This document shows, piece after piece, positions 48,240 to 58,207 of a DNA stretch of 64,000 nucleotides. Origin of the DNA: Acidobacteriota bacterium. GTDB taxonomy: Bacteria; Acidobacteriota; UBA6911; RPQK01; JADFOI01. The notes below the pieces were generated by a model. That model did not search any database and was not told the DNA's origin. It saw only the letters and a list, made by a program, of their open reading frames with translations. How positions within the stretch are numbered: position 1 is the first letter of the stretch; every line of letters starts with the position of its first letter. The position numbers and the translations under genes are program-made. Location of the stretch: the NCBI GenBank assembly GCA_963663035.1, contig OY760074.1, positions 1,344,001-1,408,000 on the forward strand. Reading direction: 5' to 3'.

Positions 48240-49118
48240 ATGATCTGCGTCACCGGAGCAGGTGGGACTGTCAGCAGCGAACTCATCAAACAGCTTGAAT
48301 CAGCAAGTGCGCCGTTCCGCGCGGCCCACTTCTCGAACGAAAAGGCGGAAGCCGCATGTGCACGAGGGATCGATGCCGTCATCATTGACTACAACAGTCC
48401 GGAAATGCTTCAAGCGGCATTTCAGGGATGTGACAAACTGTTCCTTCTCGGGCCAAACGCGCTGAACCAGTCGGAGCTTGAGCAGAACGCCATCGAAGCG
48501 GCGAAGGCGGTCGGTGTGCAGCACATCGTGAAACAGTCCGTCTTCGGAGCCGACGGAGAGGCCTTCAGCCTCGCCCTGGTTCATCGGCCCGTCGAGAAAG
48601 CGATTGAATCAAGCGGCCTGACATGGACGTTTCTCCGCCCGAACAGCTTTATGCAGAACGTCGTAACGTACATGGGCGAGACGATCCGGGCTGAAGCAGC
48701 GTTCTACAGCGCCAGCGGCGAAGCGAAGATCAGCCATGTGGATGTGCGTGACATCGCCGCGGTGGCGGTGAAAGCGCTGACCGAGCCTACCCACGCGGGA
48801 AAGGCCTACGCATTGACCGGGCCCGAGGCGCTGACCTACGACGAGTTTGCGGACGAGTTGTCGAAAGTGCTTGGGCGCCCGATCAGTCACATCAGCCTTC
48901 CCCCTTCGGACTTGAAGCAGGGTATGCTTGCGGTGGGCATGCCCGAGAAGATCGCCGATCAGATGCTTGACCTGGAGCGGTACTATCGTGAGGACCAGGC
49001 GAGTCGCACCACCAATGACATCAAGCAGGTGACAGGGCGAGAGCCGAGACGATTTGCAGACTACGTTCAGGAGACCGCCGCCACGGGAGTCTGGGATGCG
49101 GAAGAGGTCACGAGATGA
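48240..49118 (+). CDS. NmrA-like atypical SDR oxidoreductase
   Basis: VTGAGGTVS, WTFLRPNSFMQN, VDVRDIAAVA and YALTGPEAL motifs. Confidence 0.92.
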   Translation: MICVTGAGGTVSSELIKQLESASAPFRAAHFSNEKAEAACARGIDAVIIDYNSPEMLQAAFQGCDKLFLLGPNALNQSELEQNAIEAAKAVGVQHIVKQSVFGADGEAFSLALVHRPVEKAIESSGLTWTFLRPNSFMQNVVTYMGETIRAEAAFYSASGEAKISHVDVRDIAAVAVKALTEPTHAGKAYALTGPEALTYDEFADELSKVLGRPISHISLPPSDLKQGMLAVGMPEKIADQMLDLERYYREDQASRTTNDIKQVTGREPRRFADYVQETAATGVWDAEEVTR

Positions 49119-49197
49119 GCGACGGAAACGACGCTACCCTATAAGTCGCGGCAGCCAACTCCAGTGGTGCGCCCCGCACTCAAGAGAGGTGATGATC

Positions 49198-49692
49198 ATG
49201 GGAATCTTTCAGATTGCACTGATGTTGGCTACACTTCTGTGTTCCCTGGTGGCAGGCTTTTGTTTTGCTTGGGCCTTAGTGGTAATGCCGGGCATAAGAA
49301 GTTTAAATGACCGGGAGTTTATCCGAGCTTTTCAGGTGATGGATCGCGTTATCCAGAATTATCAGCCGATTTTTATGTTGGTCTGGGTCGGTTCAGTTGT
49401 GGTTTTGGTGACTTCGGCTGCGCTTGGCATTGGGCAATTGGATGGAGCTGGGCGTCTGCTCATAATCTTCGCCGCACTCGCGTATCTTCTCGGCGTCCAA
49501 TTGCCGACCTTCACTATTAACGTACCGCTGAACAACAAACTACAAACTCTGGATGTCGACGCTATGAATGAAACAACGCGAAAAGCAGCTCGTAAAGACT
49601 TCGAACCGCGTTGGAACCTATGGAACTCAGTCAGGACGGCCTTTGCGAGCCTAGCATCTGCCCTGTTAATAATTCTACTATTCAGACTTTGA
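49198..49692 (+). CDS. DUF1772 (anthrone oxygenase-like) membrane protein
   Basis: VVMPG, TINVPLNN and RWNLWNSVRT motifs. Confidence 0.88.
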   Translation: MGIFQIALMLATLLCSLVAGFCFAWALVVMPGIRSLNDREFIRAFQVMDRVIQNYQPIFMLVWVGSVVVLVTSAALGIGQLDGAGRLLIIFAALAYLLGVQLPTFTINVPLNNKLQTLDVDAMNETTRKAARKDFEPRWNLWNSVRTAFASLASALLIILLFRL

Positions 49693-49717
49693 AGAGCGCG
49701 GTGGTGGATAGCAGTGG

Positions 49718-49762
49718 TGGCTCCCCAGGTAGGAGTCGAACCTACAACCCTCCGGTTAACAG
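49718..49762 (-). other. att site: 3' half of tRNA-Asn(GTT), copy 1
   Basis: The minus strand reads CTGTTAACCGGAGGGTTGTAGGTTCGACTCCTACCTGGGGAGCCA (anticodon loop, T arm, CCA); there is no 5' half. Confidence 0.88.
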
Positions 49763-50100
49763 ATCGCCCAGGAAGAACATCACTAAGTGACTTAATTTCA
49801 TGTATTTATAGCTTATGTTCTTTGTAGTCAAAGCCTTACGGCCTTGTTCAATCTGTCAATTATTTCAATTATTTCAATTGTTCCTAACCAATAGTGACCG
49901 CTGAGGTGACACACCTAGTGACACACTCCCGCCGCCACTCAAAATGGCAAACTTGAAGTTGGATTCTCTCCTATTTGCTGCTTGCATCTTATACAGACAA
50001 CCGGCATAGTACGCTAATCAGCACACACATTCTTAGGCGGCGGAGTGGGTAGCTCCAGGAACTCCAGCGAGTCACAACATGCGAGTGACGAGGAAAAGAG

Positions 50101-50748
50101 ATGGCAGTCGCTGACGAGCTACAAGATTTTGTCAAAGACGGGCTGGCACGCGGCCTTTCGCGTGCAGAAATCGAGAAGGCCCTCTTACAGGCCGGCTGAC
50201 CCCAAGAGCACGTAATTGGTGCGCTCGCGGGTTTTGCTGAGATCGAGTTTCCCATTCCTCTCCCAAGACCAAAACCTTATCTCTCCGCGCGCGAGGCCTT
50301 TATGTACCTGGTGCTCTTTAGCACCCTGTACATCAGCGCGTTCAGCCTCGGAAGACTCTTGTTTCAGTTCATCAACCAAGGCTTTCCGGATCCGGCAGCA
50401 TCGCCATTCGTCGTGGAGTCCGTCCGTCGGGCCATTCGGTGGTCAATATCCTCCCTCATTGTGGCGTTTCCAGTATTTCTGTATGTATCCAGATTGACCG
50501 GTAGGGAAACCCGGCTGGACCGGAGAAAGCGCGCTTCGAAGGTCCGCCGATGGTTAACGTATCTAACCCTCTTTGTTGCTGCCAGCGTGCTCATCGGCGA
50601 CGTCACGAGTCTCGTTTACAACCTTCTCAGTGGTGAACTAACCGCCCGCTTCATCTTAAAAGTGATCACGATCGCGCTAATAGCAGGGACGATCTTCGGA
50701 TACTACCTCTGGGATCTTCGGCTGGAAGAAAAAGAGGCCAAACCGTGA
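50101..50748 (+). pseudogene. DUF5671-like membrane protein with premature TGA (50197)
   Basis: MAVADELQDFV..LLQAG*P..FPIPLPRP..SAREAFMYL is continuous in frame. The stop occupies the position of the family's AGW Trp (recalled, not searched). Confidence 0.7.
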
Positions 50749-51170
50749 AGGTGCCAACCGGAACGCACGTCCTCATTGGCCTTGCCATCGGAGTGGTCCT
50801 CGTCGCTGTAGTAGGTGGCCTCATCGTTCTCGGTCCGCCTAGCGAGGAGCGCGCCCGACGGCTGGACAATAGACGAGTGGAAGACCTGCGTGGGATCACA
50901 GGCGTGGTGGATCTTTACTGGACGCGGCACGGGCGCCTACCCTCTTCTTTGGACGACCTCGCGCAGGAATCAGGGGTGAATATCAGCTCTCGTGATCCCG
51001 GCACTGCGCAGGTCTATGATCTCCGCGTTTTGGGCGCGGAGACGTATGAGCTGTGCGCTGATTTTCAACGTAACTCGGCCGACCCAGCCCAGGGCGTGAG
51101 TAAGGGCTTCTGGTCTCACGGCGTTGGCAAGCAGTGCTTTCAGCTGGAAGCTCAAGAGGTTCCCCGGTAG
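50745..51170 (+). CDS. Membrane-anchored hypothetical protein (usual partner of DUF5671 genes)
   Basis: TM, then GPPSEER..RLD.RRVEDL, DPGT..Y, YELCADF and WSHG.G..CF; GTGA overlap with the upstream gene. Confidence 0.75.
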   Translation: MKVPTGTHVLIGLAIGVVLVAVVGGLIVLGPPSEERARRLDNRRVEDLRGITGVVDLYWTRHGRLPSSLDDLAQESGVNISSRDPGTAQVYDLRVLGAETYELCADFQRNSADPAQGVSKGFWSHGVGKQCFQLEAQEVPR

Positions 51171-51266
51171 CGATGCGAAGGCAGACTGTGGATTGCGCAC
51201 CCGCCGTCTAACGCAGGGGAATAAAGGGGAGAAGTTTTCACGAAAGCTGTAAAGGATTGATTTAAT

Positions 51267-51311
51267 TGGCTCCCCAGGTAGGACTCGAACCTACAACCCT
51301 CCGGTTAACAG
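51267..51311 (-). other. att site: 3' half of tRNA-Asn(GTT), copy 2
   Basis: 45-bp direct repeat of 49718-49762 with one mismatch in the T loop; no 5' half. Confidence 0.88.
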
Positions 51312-51354
51312 AATAATGTATTTCTTGTATCTTGTTGGTTCTTCGTGCTTCTAG

Positions 51355-52993
51355 CCGCAATTATTCATAAGTTTGGGGTGAGTGTCGATTTTCTGCGGAA
51401 GTTCAGGGCTGAGAGTGTGTTCAGGTGCGATTACAAGGCGTCCAAGCTTGTTGAGCCGAATAGAGATGAAGCGAGAGCCCCTTCCGGAAACAGCTCGGCC
51501 CGCAGGGGGCTGTATATCTGTGTTGGCGCAGGGAGTCAGGGGACCGTCAGGTGGGACACAGACGGTGCATCAGTAATGCGAAGAGCTTTTGTTCGGGATA
51601 AGACGATGCCAGGTGCACCCAGATGCGACGAGAAGTTTCCCGAACCCGGGCACCGATTTTGAACAGGCGGCGGCGGAGCGTCTCAATCTCCAGGTTGTGC
51701 CAGGGAGTCCCGCACAGGTAATCCCGCAGGCGCAGGATTAAGACATAGGCCAGGGCGTGGATGAAGAGTCGGAACTGGTTGGCCAGGAAACGGTGGCAGC
51801 TCAAGCGATCCATGGCCAGATCTTTTTTGAAAGCTTTCACGAAGTTCTCGCACTGGCCCCGTCCGATGTAGTGGTCATACAGCTGCCCGGCCGTGAGATC
51901 CTGGCGGTTGGTGACCACAAAGCGACGGTTGAACCCGCGCTCGCTCACTTCCACCTTGGCCACCATGCGCCGCTCCCGGTCCCAACTGTCGGCCTGATAG
52001 ACGAGCTCGGTGAACTGGCGTTGCTTTTCTCCTGAGTCGTCATAGTCTGCTTGCACCTGCTCAACCAAGGGCTCGACGGTGGCCGCCAGCCGGGAGTTGC
52101 GGGCAAAGCCCACCACATACTGCAGTTTTTCCTCCTCACAGAACTCGTACAGTGCCGGCGTCGCAAAGCCACTGTCGGCTCGCACTTCGATCGGAACATC
52201 GGATCCCAGAACCTGGCGCATCCGGGCCACCACCCGTTTGAGAACCGCCACCGCGTGGGCGGCCGCCCCCTGGTTGCCGGGCCGCAGTAGCGCACATACC
52301 AGATCGCCCGTCTCGCCATCGAATAGCAGCAGCGGATGATACATGTGCTCGCGATAATAGCCGTGGTAAAAGCTGAACTCCTGCTGCCCATGCGTGACGT
52401 CATCCGTGCTGTCGATGTCCAGGATGATCTTCTCGGGCCGGCTCTTCTTGCGGTGCTTCAAGTAGGTCTCCAGCAGCCACTGTCCCAGGCGAGTGAGATC
52501 CTTCGAGTCCACCGAGTTCTCCAGTCGCGACAGCGTGGGTTGAGAAGCCAGATCCGGATCGCTTTCCGGCAGCCGATCACACACGGTCTTGAAGATGGGA
52601 TCCGAGCGCAAGCTGTCGGCATCGTTGCAGTCCTCATAGCCGGCCACGATCTGAAAGCTGCGCTGGGTGAGCAGTTCGCGAATCTGGTGGCGGACGTAGC
52701 GGCTATCTCGAGCGTCCTTCAGGCAGGAGGCAAAGCCAGCCGTCAGTCCGTGCTGTTGATCCAGGGCGTACAGACACAGCAGCCCGGCATCGGAGGAGAG
52801 CCGGCCTCCATCGAATCGAGCCACCACTTTTCTGTCAGGGTGAGATGGCAAGTTGATCTGGCAGACTGATGCATCGCTGGGCCGTACCTTTTTGGTTTGG
52901 AGTTGTTTCATAACCCCTTTTATATCAAAGAGGTACGGCATCTTTTTGTGCCCTCGATCAGACCCCTTCTTCAGAATTTATGAATAATCCGGG
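51355..52993 (-). mobile_element. IS1380-family insertion sequence with CTAG target duplication
   Basis: Ends CCGCAATTATTCATAA / CCCGGATTATTCATAA (rc), with CTAG on both flanks. Confidence 0.92.
51547..52941 (-). CDS. IS1380 family (DDE_Tnp_1_4) transposase
   Basis: FDGGRLSSDAG, GYEDCND, LASQPTLSRLEN, LDIDST, RADSGF and RGQCEN motifs. Confidence 0.95.
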   Translation of the reverse strand: MPYLFDIKGVMKQLQTKKVRPSDASVCQINLPSHPDRKVVARFDGGRLSSDAGLLCLYALDQQHGLTAGFASCLKDARDSRYVRHQIRELLTQRSFQIVAGYEDCNDADSLRSDPIFKTVCDRLPESDPDLASQPTLSRLENSVDSKDLTRLGQWLLETYLKHRKKSRPEKIILDIDSTDDVTHGQQEFSFYHGYYREHMYHPLLLFDGETGDLVCALLRPGNQGAAAHAVAVLKRVVARMRQVLGSDVPIEVRADSGFATPALYEFCEEEKLQYVVGFARNSRLAATVEPLVEQVQADYDDSGEKQRQFTELVYQADSWDRERRMVAKVEVSERGFNRRFVVTNRQDLTAGQLYDHYIGRGQCENFVKAFKKDLAMDRLSCHRFLANQFRLFIHALAYVLILRLRDYLCGTPWHNLEIETLRRRLFKIGARVRETSRRIWVHLASSYPEQKLFALLMHRLCPT

Positions 52994-53049
52994 CTAGACA
53001 CATTACATCGCCAAATCGAGTTACCGCAAGGCTGAACGTGACAATCCCC

Positions 53050-53382
53050 TCACGGATGCGCTGGCGCCTCCTCAGCGGTCGCGCGCGGACGAACATCGAT
53101 CTGTACGTCTACGTGTTGGCCGAGCTTGTTGAGCACGGTCATCAGACGGTCAATGGTGAAGCGGTCAAGCTGCACGTTGCAAATGCGGGTAAAGTCCGCA
53201 TGACTGACACTGGTGCGATCCTCGGCCCTGTGTGTCGAAAGCCCCTCATCGTCAAGAATGCCAATGATGCGGGCAGCCAGAAGCGCCTTGGTCTGCTGCA
53301 CGTCGGCGTCAGCGCGGCCGAAGTCACGGAAGACATTGCCGCTGCCGTACACCAACTCAAAATCGTCGTCTGTTTTGCTCAT
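53050..53382 (-). CDS. XRE/HigA-like antitoxin (HTH_37 type)
   Basis: GSGNVFRDFG..K..LAARI and FTIDRLM..L..LG motifs. Confidence 0.85.
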   Translation of the reverse strand: MSKTDDDFELVYGSGNVFRDFGRADADVQQTKALLAARIIGILDDEGLSTHRAEDRTSVSHADFTRICNVQLDRFTIDRLMTVLNKLGQHVDVQIDVRPRATAEEAPAHP

Positions 53383-53430
53383 TGTTGTAACTCCTTCTTC
53401 AACCGTTTAAGCCAGGATTTCCTTTTTGGG
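53379..53430 (-). pseudogene. C-terminal remnant of RelE/Gp49-like toxin truncated by IS6
   Basis: ..LKRLKKELQQ* overlaps the antitoxin start (ATGA) and is cut by the IS6 TIR. Confidence 0.5.
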
Positions 53431-54257
53431 GGTTCTGGTGCAGACAGCCAAGGGAATTGGCGATAATGGATTATGGCGCACCGCAAAACTGAACGGAATC
53501 CTCTTTTTGCTGGACGTTGGTTCGAAGACGACATCATTCTCCTCTGCCTTCGCTGGTATTTTCGCTTCAAATTAAGTTACCAGGGCCTGGTTGCGATTTT
53601 AGGTGAGCGGGGTTTATCGATTTGGCACTCCACGATTTTGCGTTGGGTCGTTCGTTATGCGGACACGTGTGAAAAGCGCTGGCGGCGATTCGATCGACCG
53701 GTGGGCGGGAGCTGGCGGGTTGATGAAACGTTCATCAAGATTCGGGGCCAGTTGATGTATCTGTACCGCGCCGTGGATGGACAAGGCAACACCGTGGAGT
53801 TCTGTCTGAGTCGGACACGCGGCATTGCGGCGGCGAAGGCCTTCTTTCGCAAGGCACTGAAGCATCGTCGGGAGCCACACAGCATCACCTTGGATGGCCA
53901 CCGGCCGAGCCATAGCGCCCTGCGGCGCATGGGAATGAACGGTGAGTTCAACTTCCGGGGGCGGAACCCGGTGAAGATTCGTTGCTGTCAATACCTGAAC
54001 AACGTTGTGGAGCAGGACCACCGCCGGGGGAAGGGGCGATTGCGCCCGATGTTGGGATTCAAGACGTTCTACAATGCGCGACGTGTCATTATCGGCATCG
54101 AGCTGGCGCAGAAGATTCACAAACGCCAGTTCGCAATTCCGATCACCTTGCAGTCGAATCCCGCCGTGACCTGGCGTCATGTCATGGCAGCATAGTCCGC
54201 ATCGCCGCGGCGCACTCCTAGTCTTATCGCTCCGACAATCCTATCTGCACCAGAACC
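53431..54257 (+). mobile_element. IS6-family insertion sequence
   Basis: 17-bp TIR GGTTCTGGTGCAGA(C/T)AG at both ends; no TSD. Confidence 0.9.
53473..54195 (+). CDS. IS6 family transposase
   Basis: FAGRWF..II..RWY, WRVDETFIK, YLYRAVD and YLNNVVEQDHR motifs. Confidence 0.95.
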   Translation: MAHRKTERNPLFAGRWFEDDIILLCLRWYFRFKLSYQGLVAILGERGLSIWHSTILRWVVRYADTCEKRWRRFDRPVGGSWRVDETFIKIRGQLMYLYRAVDGQGNTVEFCLSRTRGIAAAKAFFRKALKHRREPHSITLDGHRPSHSALRRMGMNGEFNFRGRNPVKIRCCQYLNNVVEQDHRRGKGRLRPMLGFKTFYNARRVIIGIELAQKIHKRQFAIPITLQSNPAVTWRHVMAA

Positions 54258-54699
54258 CGATGGATTGGCTCTCCTGCATTGTCTTCGTCGGCCAATTACC
54301 GACAGGAAAATCGTCCTTGGATACGGGATTTCCAACCGCATCTTTGGTGAAATACAAGGACTTCACGTGATACCAATCAAGTGCGTCGAATATCCTCTTC
54401 CTTTTGGCGTAAGACAGGTTCGATGTCGTATGGTCCAAGGCAATCCTTAACTGCTTGATCATGAGGTTGTACTGTGCGGCCCGAAGCATATCGCCGGGGA
54501 GGGTTGCATCCATGTTGTGGTTAAAAGTTTCCTTCGCCTCCAGCACTCGCCTCCTGCCGTCCGTCAACACTTCCTGTATTTGCTTGACAGCAAGACGTTG
54601 CAAGTGTTTTTGATAAACCCATTTCGCAACGCCTAAAATAATAGTTGCCACCACCGCGGCAATCAGCCCCGCGACCGCGCTCCCTGCTATATCTTCCAT
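54258..54699 (-). pseudogene. Membrane-anchored hypothetical protein truncated at 3' end by IS6
   Basis: RBS, ATG and N-terminal TM are present; the frame runs into the IS6 TIR. Confidence 0.6.
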
Positions 54700-54919
54700 T
54701 GCCCTCTCTCCTTTCCTGGCTCAAAGAATCACCTCTGACGACCTCTTGGCGAGGTCCGAGTGGTCTGTGTGAGAGTGTCAAACCACTGAAAACCCCTCCC
54801 TGGACCTCTTAACGCGACAGACGCCGCTAGATTGATCCACAGAAGACCCCCCCCCAGAGCAACTATAGCCTTGTGGTGACTCGAATGAGCTACCGAGACA
54901 TCCAACAGACAATCGAGAG

Positions 54920-55051
54920 GGTGCTGTCAAGTTACGGTAGTATTCTAGGGTTTTGGGGGCGGAATCGGTCGGCGCTCGAACGTAAAATCAACAACTTATG
55001 GAGTATCCAGGGCGCTGCGTAGATCCACAAATCGGTTAACTTGACAGTACC
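54920..55051. mobile_element. 132-bp MITE with 15-bp TIRs (IS6-like) and internal IHF-like site
   Basis: GGTGCTGTCAAGTTA / GGTACTGTCAAGTTA (rc); internal AATCAACAACTTA matches WATCAANNNNTTR. Confidence 0.65.
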
Positions 55052-55187
55052 TGCCTGACACTATGCGGTTCTGTTTCATGCGGCGACTTTCACCCTTGTC
55101 GGCGCAGCTCTTCGCCTATTGCGTTGAAGTACTTGATCTCGAGTGATTCTGGATCCTGGTCCAGATGGTGCTCAAGTTTATAGAGCC

Positions 55188-55395
55188 TGACCTGCCCCCA
55201 CCGAGCCCACCCTCTAAGTTAGACCCGGGACTATTTGAAGTCCACTCCAAGGGATAGGCGACCGCGACCTGGGGAGTTGGGCCTCTGGCGCCGGAGGCCG
55301 ATAGGCCAAGGTGCTGTGAGGCCGACGCTGGTTGTATTCCCTGCGCCATCTCTCGGCCAATACCTTCGCCTCCCACAGTGTGTCGAAGACCGTCT
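55188..55395 (-). mobile_element. IS3-family remnant (transposase C-terminus plus right end)
   Basis: FDTLWEAKVLAERWRREYNQRRPHSTLAYRPP and the terminal ..GGGGCAGGTCA. Confidence 0.85.
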
Positions 55396-55398
55396 GAT

Positions 55399-56688
55399 TC
55401 ACTCCACCTTCGAGGGTCCCTGCCGATTGAGCTTTATCCCGAAGCCGCGGCCCTTGACGATGGCGTCGTCCCCGAATTTTTCCCGTACGGCATCCAGCGC
55501 CTTATCGACCTTGCTACCGGTCGGGCCGAATCCGCTGAAGAGGTCGCCCTGGACAACCTGGCCGATCTCGACAAGATCATGGACACCGATGCCGATCAGG
55601 CGGAAGGCCCGGCCATCGGTTTCGTGGACGAGCAGGGGTTCGGCGGCCTGGAACATCTCTTCTTCTGACTGCGTGGCGCTTTTCAGGCGGTTGTTGCGGG
55701 TGACAATGCGAAAGTCGGCGGTCTTGAGTTTTAGCGTGATGCCTTTGCCAGCGAGGTCGGCCTTTTTCAAGCGCCGAGCCACCGTCTCGGTAAGCTGCCA
55801 CAGGATGGGGCGCAGCCGGTCTAGTTCGGCAGTATCCTTGTCGAGGGTGGTTTCGGACGAGATGCTCTTGACCTTGCCCCCGGGATCGACCCGGCGATCG
55901 TCTTCACCTCGTGCGCACAACGACAACCGTCGCCCGATCTTGCCGTAACGCGCGACAAGTTCAGCTTCGTCGATGCGGGCCAACTCTCCGATCCGAATAA
56001 TGCCGTCCTTGCCGAGGCGCTCTTGCATGGCCTTGCCCACGCCCCACAACAGGCTGACTGGCTTGTCGGCGAGGAAGGTCCTGGCCTCGGCCCGGCCAAT
56101 CACGGCGAAGCCGCGCGGCTTGTCCAAGTCCGAGGCGATCTTGGCGAGGAACTTGTTGTAGCTGAGCCCAATGGAAACAGTGATAGAAAGCTCCTCCTCC
56201 ACCCGGCGAGCCAGCGCCGCCAGGGTCGCCGCCGGGCTGGCGCGATGAAGGGCCTCCGTGCCGGCGAGATCCATGAACGCCTCATCGATGGAGAGCGGTT
56301 CCACTAGAGGGGTTAGGTTCTCCATCATCGTCCGGACCTTACGGCCCACCGCGGCATACTTATTCATATCAGGCTTGATGACCGTGGCGTTGGGGCAGGC
56401 TTTCAAGGCCTTGAACATCGGCATGGCCGAGTGCACGCCATGGGCTCGGGCAATGTAACAACACGCGGCCACGACGCCCCGGTGGTGTCTGCCGACGATC
56501 ACTGGAACATCGCGCAACTCCGGCCGGCCGCGTTTCTCTATGGTGGCGTAGAAAGCGTCGCAGTCGAGATGGGCGATGGTGAGGCCATGAAGCTCCTTGT
56601 GCCGCGCGATGTGCGGCGACCCACAGGCCGGGCAGGTTTTGACATCAGGCGGTGGCTGGGAGTCGCAGTCACGGCACAGAGTTTCCAC
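55399..56688 (-). CDS. dinB: DNA polymerase IV with N-terminal Cys4 ribbon (alphaproteobacterial type)
   Basis: HLDCDAFYA, SIDEAF and NKFLAKIASD.DKP motifs; N-terminal CRDC..CPACGS. Start is GTG 56688 or an upstream ATG (56736/56751). Confidence 0.95.
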   Translation of the reverse strand: METLCRDCDSQPPPDVKTCPACGSPHIARHKELHGLTIAHLDCDAFYATIEKRGRPELRDVPVIVGRHHRGVVAACCYIARAHGVHSAMPMFKALKACPNATVIKPDMNKYAAVGRKVRTMMENLTPLVEPLSIDEAFMDLAGTEALHRASPAATLAALARRVEEELSITVSIGLSYNKFLAKIASDLDKPRGFAVIGRAEARTFLADKPVSLLWGVGKAMQERLGKDGIIRIGELARIDEAELVARYGKIGRRLSLCARGEDDRRVDPGGKVKSISSETTLDKDTAELDRLRPILWQLTETVARRLKKADLAGKGITLKLKTADFRIVTRNNRLKSATQSEEEMFQAAEPLLVHETDGRAFRLIGIGVHDLVEIGQVVQGDLFSGFGPTGSKVDKALDAVREKFGDDAIVKGRGFGIKLNRQGPSKVE

Positions 56689-57045
56689 GGCACGATTATA
56701 GGACTCAATGCGTCCCGCGCGAAAAGGTCCGGGCATGGCGTCCTCCTGCATCCAATCTGTCAGGAAGAACTCTATGACCCTGTACAGGATATGTCAATCA
56801 ATCCAAATGAGAACTCTATTCTGACGCCTTAGCGCCCCGTCCCTGACGTTAGGCTAGGGTATGCCTCAACTGTGGACAGAAGCAAGATAATGCGGGGAAA
56901 AGGGCCGTTGTGAGCCACGAGCGGCTATTCGGAGGGTTGGCGTACAATGTTTCCGTTTTGTGAGGTGACCCCCCTTTGAGCCTGACGCCTGCCCGCTGGA
57001 TTATTGCGTAACCCTTCCTTTGCGCAACCCCTTGCCTGTGGACCC

Positions 57046-58011
57046 TCAATCCAAATAATAGCCGGAGCCGATCAGGATCGGCACCCCAAAGGTGACCACC
57101 CGCTTGACGAAGGACACCTTGCGCTGGGGCATCCCGTTGGAGGGGTTGACCGACGTGTAGTACAGAAAGGTTTCCCCGAATGCTTCCGCCACGGCCACGT
57201 CATCCCGGACGGCGATGGTGGTCAACTCCGAAGGGCTTATGCCCATCCCCCAGTTGTAGGGGTTGCCGGTAAAGAGCGTGTTGCCGTACATGTCCACGCC
57301 AAACAGGTAGATCGAGTGGCTCCTCCAGCGCGGATCGGTGGACAAAGAGACGAGGCCGAAGTATCCCGTCGTCTCCAGCTCCATGGCGGCGCAGCGGACA
57401 AATTCCTGCAGCTTTTGGTTGGACGGATGCTCGTGGATCTGGGTGGCGTTGACCTCTTCCCTCCTGCACGTGCCGGGGAGGTCGCGGCGATACACGCCCG
57501 CGCCGATCGTGGCAAGGGCCCCGTCCCAGTCGATGCTCTTGAGGTAAGAAGCCTTCGGCTCATCCCTGCCGGTCGCCGGGTTCGTGAAGGAGTAGTAGAT
57601 CCAGCCCTCGCCGACCTGGTTCACGATACGATGCTGTTCCCGAAACCAGTCATTGCCGAAGATGTCGATCAGCAGGCCCCACGGCTCCCCTTCCCTTGAG
57701 GGGTCAGGCGGGAAGACGAACACTCGAGACATGTCGGACATCGGGGTCGCTTCGGCGACGAAAACATAGATCTGGCCGCTTCTCCAGCGCGCCTCCTCGT
57801 GGAAGGCTCGGCGGGCCTCCTCAAACCCCATTTCCTGGACGAACTCGTAGGCGCATTGAACGAAGGCCTGGATATCCTCCTGTGTGCGCACGGCGCTAGC
57901 AGTGACGGACTTATCCGCGCAAGACAGGGGTTCATCGCCACCGAGAACCGGTGCGGCAATAGGCGCAGCTTCGAGGGCGGGACGAGGGGAGCTGTTCCAG
58001 AAGCCTAACAA
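57046..58011 (-). CDS. Stand-alone tandem Cache-domain protein
   Basis: Two repeats of FV.CA...RWRS..IY.F..Y...NP..G...K.S..K....IG.G.Y; RBS AAGGAGG before TTG. Confidence 0.8.
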   Translation of the reverse strand: MLGFWNSSPRPALEAAPIAAPVLGGDEPLSCADKSVTASAVRTQEDIQAFVQCAYEFVQEMGFEEARRAFHEEARWRSGQIYVFVAEATPMSDMSRVFVFPPDPSREGEPWGLLIDIFGNDWFREQHRIVNQVGEGWIYYSFTNPATGRDEPKASYLKSIDWDGALATIGAGVYRRDLPGTCRREEVNATQIHEHPSNQKLQEFVRCAAMELETTGYFGLVSLSTDPRWRSHSIYLFGVDMYGNTLFTGNPYNWGMGISPSELTTIAVRDDVAVAEAFGETFLYYTSVNPSNGMPQRKVSFVKRVVTFGVPILIGSGYYLD

Positions 58012-58207
58012 ACCCTCCTTTACCTTTACGGAGCCGCGTCCATCGATATCCTTCAGACCATATTCCAGCGGCTGGTATGGCCCACAGGATCGTCCAATTT
58101 ACCGACGGTCATTTCTCCAAAGAGCTGTCGCCCTTGCCCTTGGTATAATCATTGGCGATGATCGAAGATTGCAGACTGATCGGAAATCGCCACCCTGGGA
58201 AACCTCA

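Noticed and set aside
50197-50199. In-frame TGA in the DUF5671-like gene as a third selenocysteine
   Set aside because: The context AG*P matches a Trp position (TGG to TGA), not a Cys/redox motif, and there is no convincing SECIS; treated as a nonsense mutation or sequence error.
49718-51311. Two functional tRNA-Asn genes
   Set aside because: Both lack the 5' half (no D arm and no 5' strand of the anticodon stem).
56760-56825. LexA box upstream of dinB (AGAACTCTAT twice)
   Set aside because: The spacing (~43 nt) does not fit the GAAC-N7-GAAC direct repeat, and no palindromic SOS box is evident.
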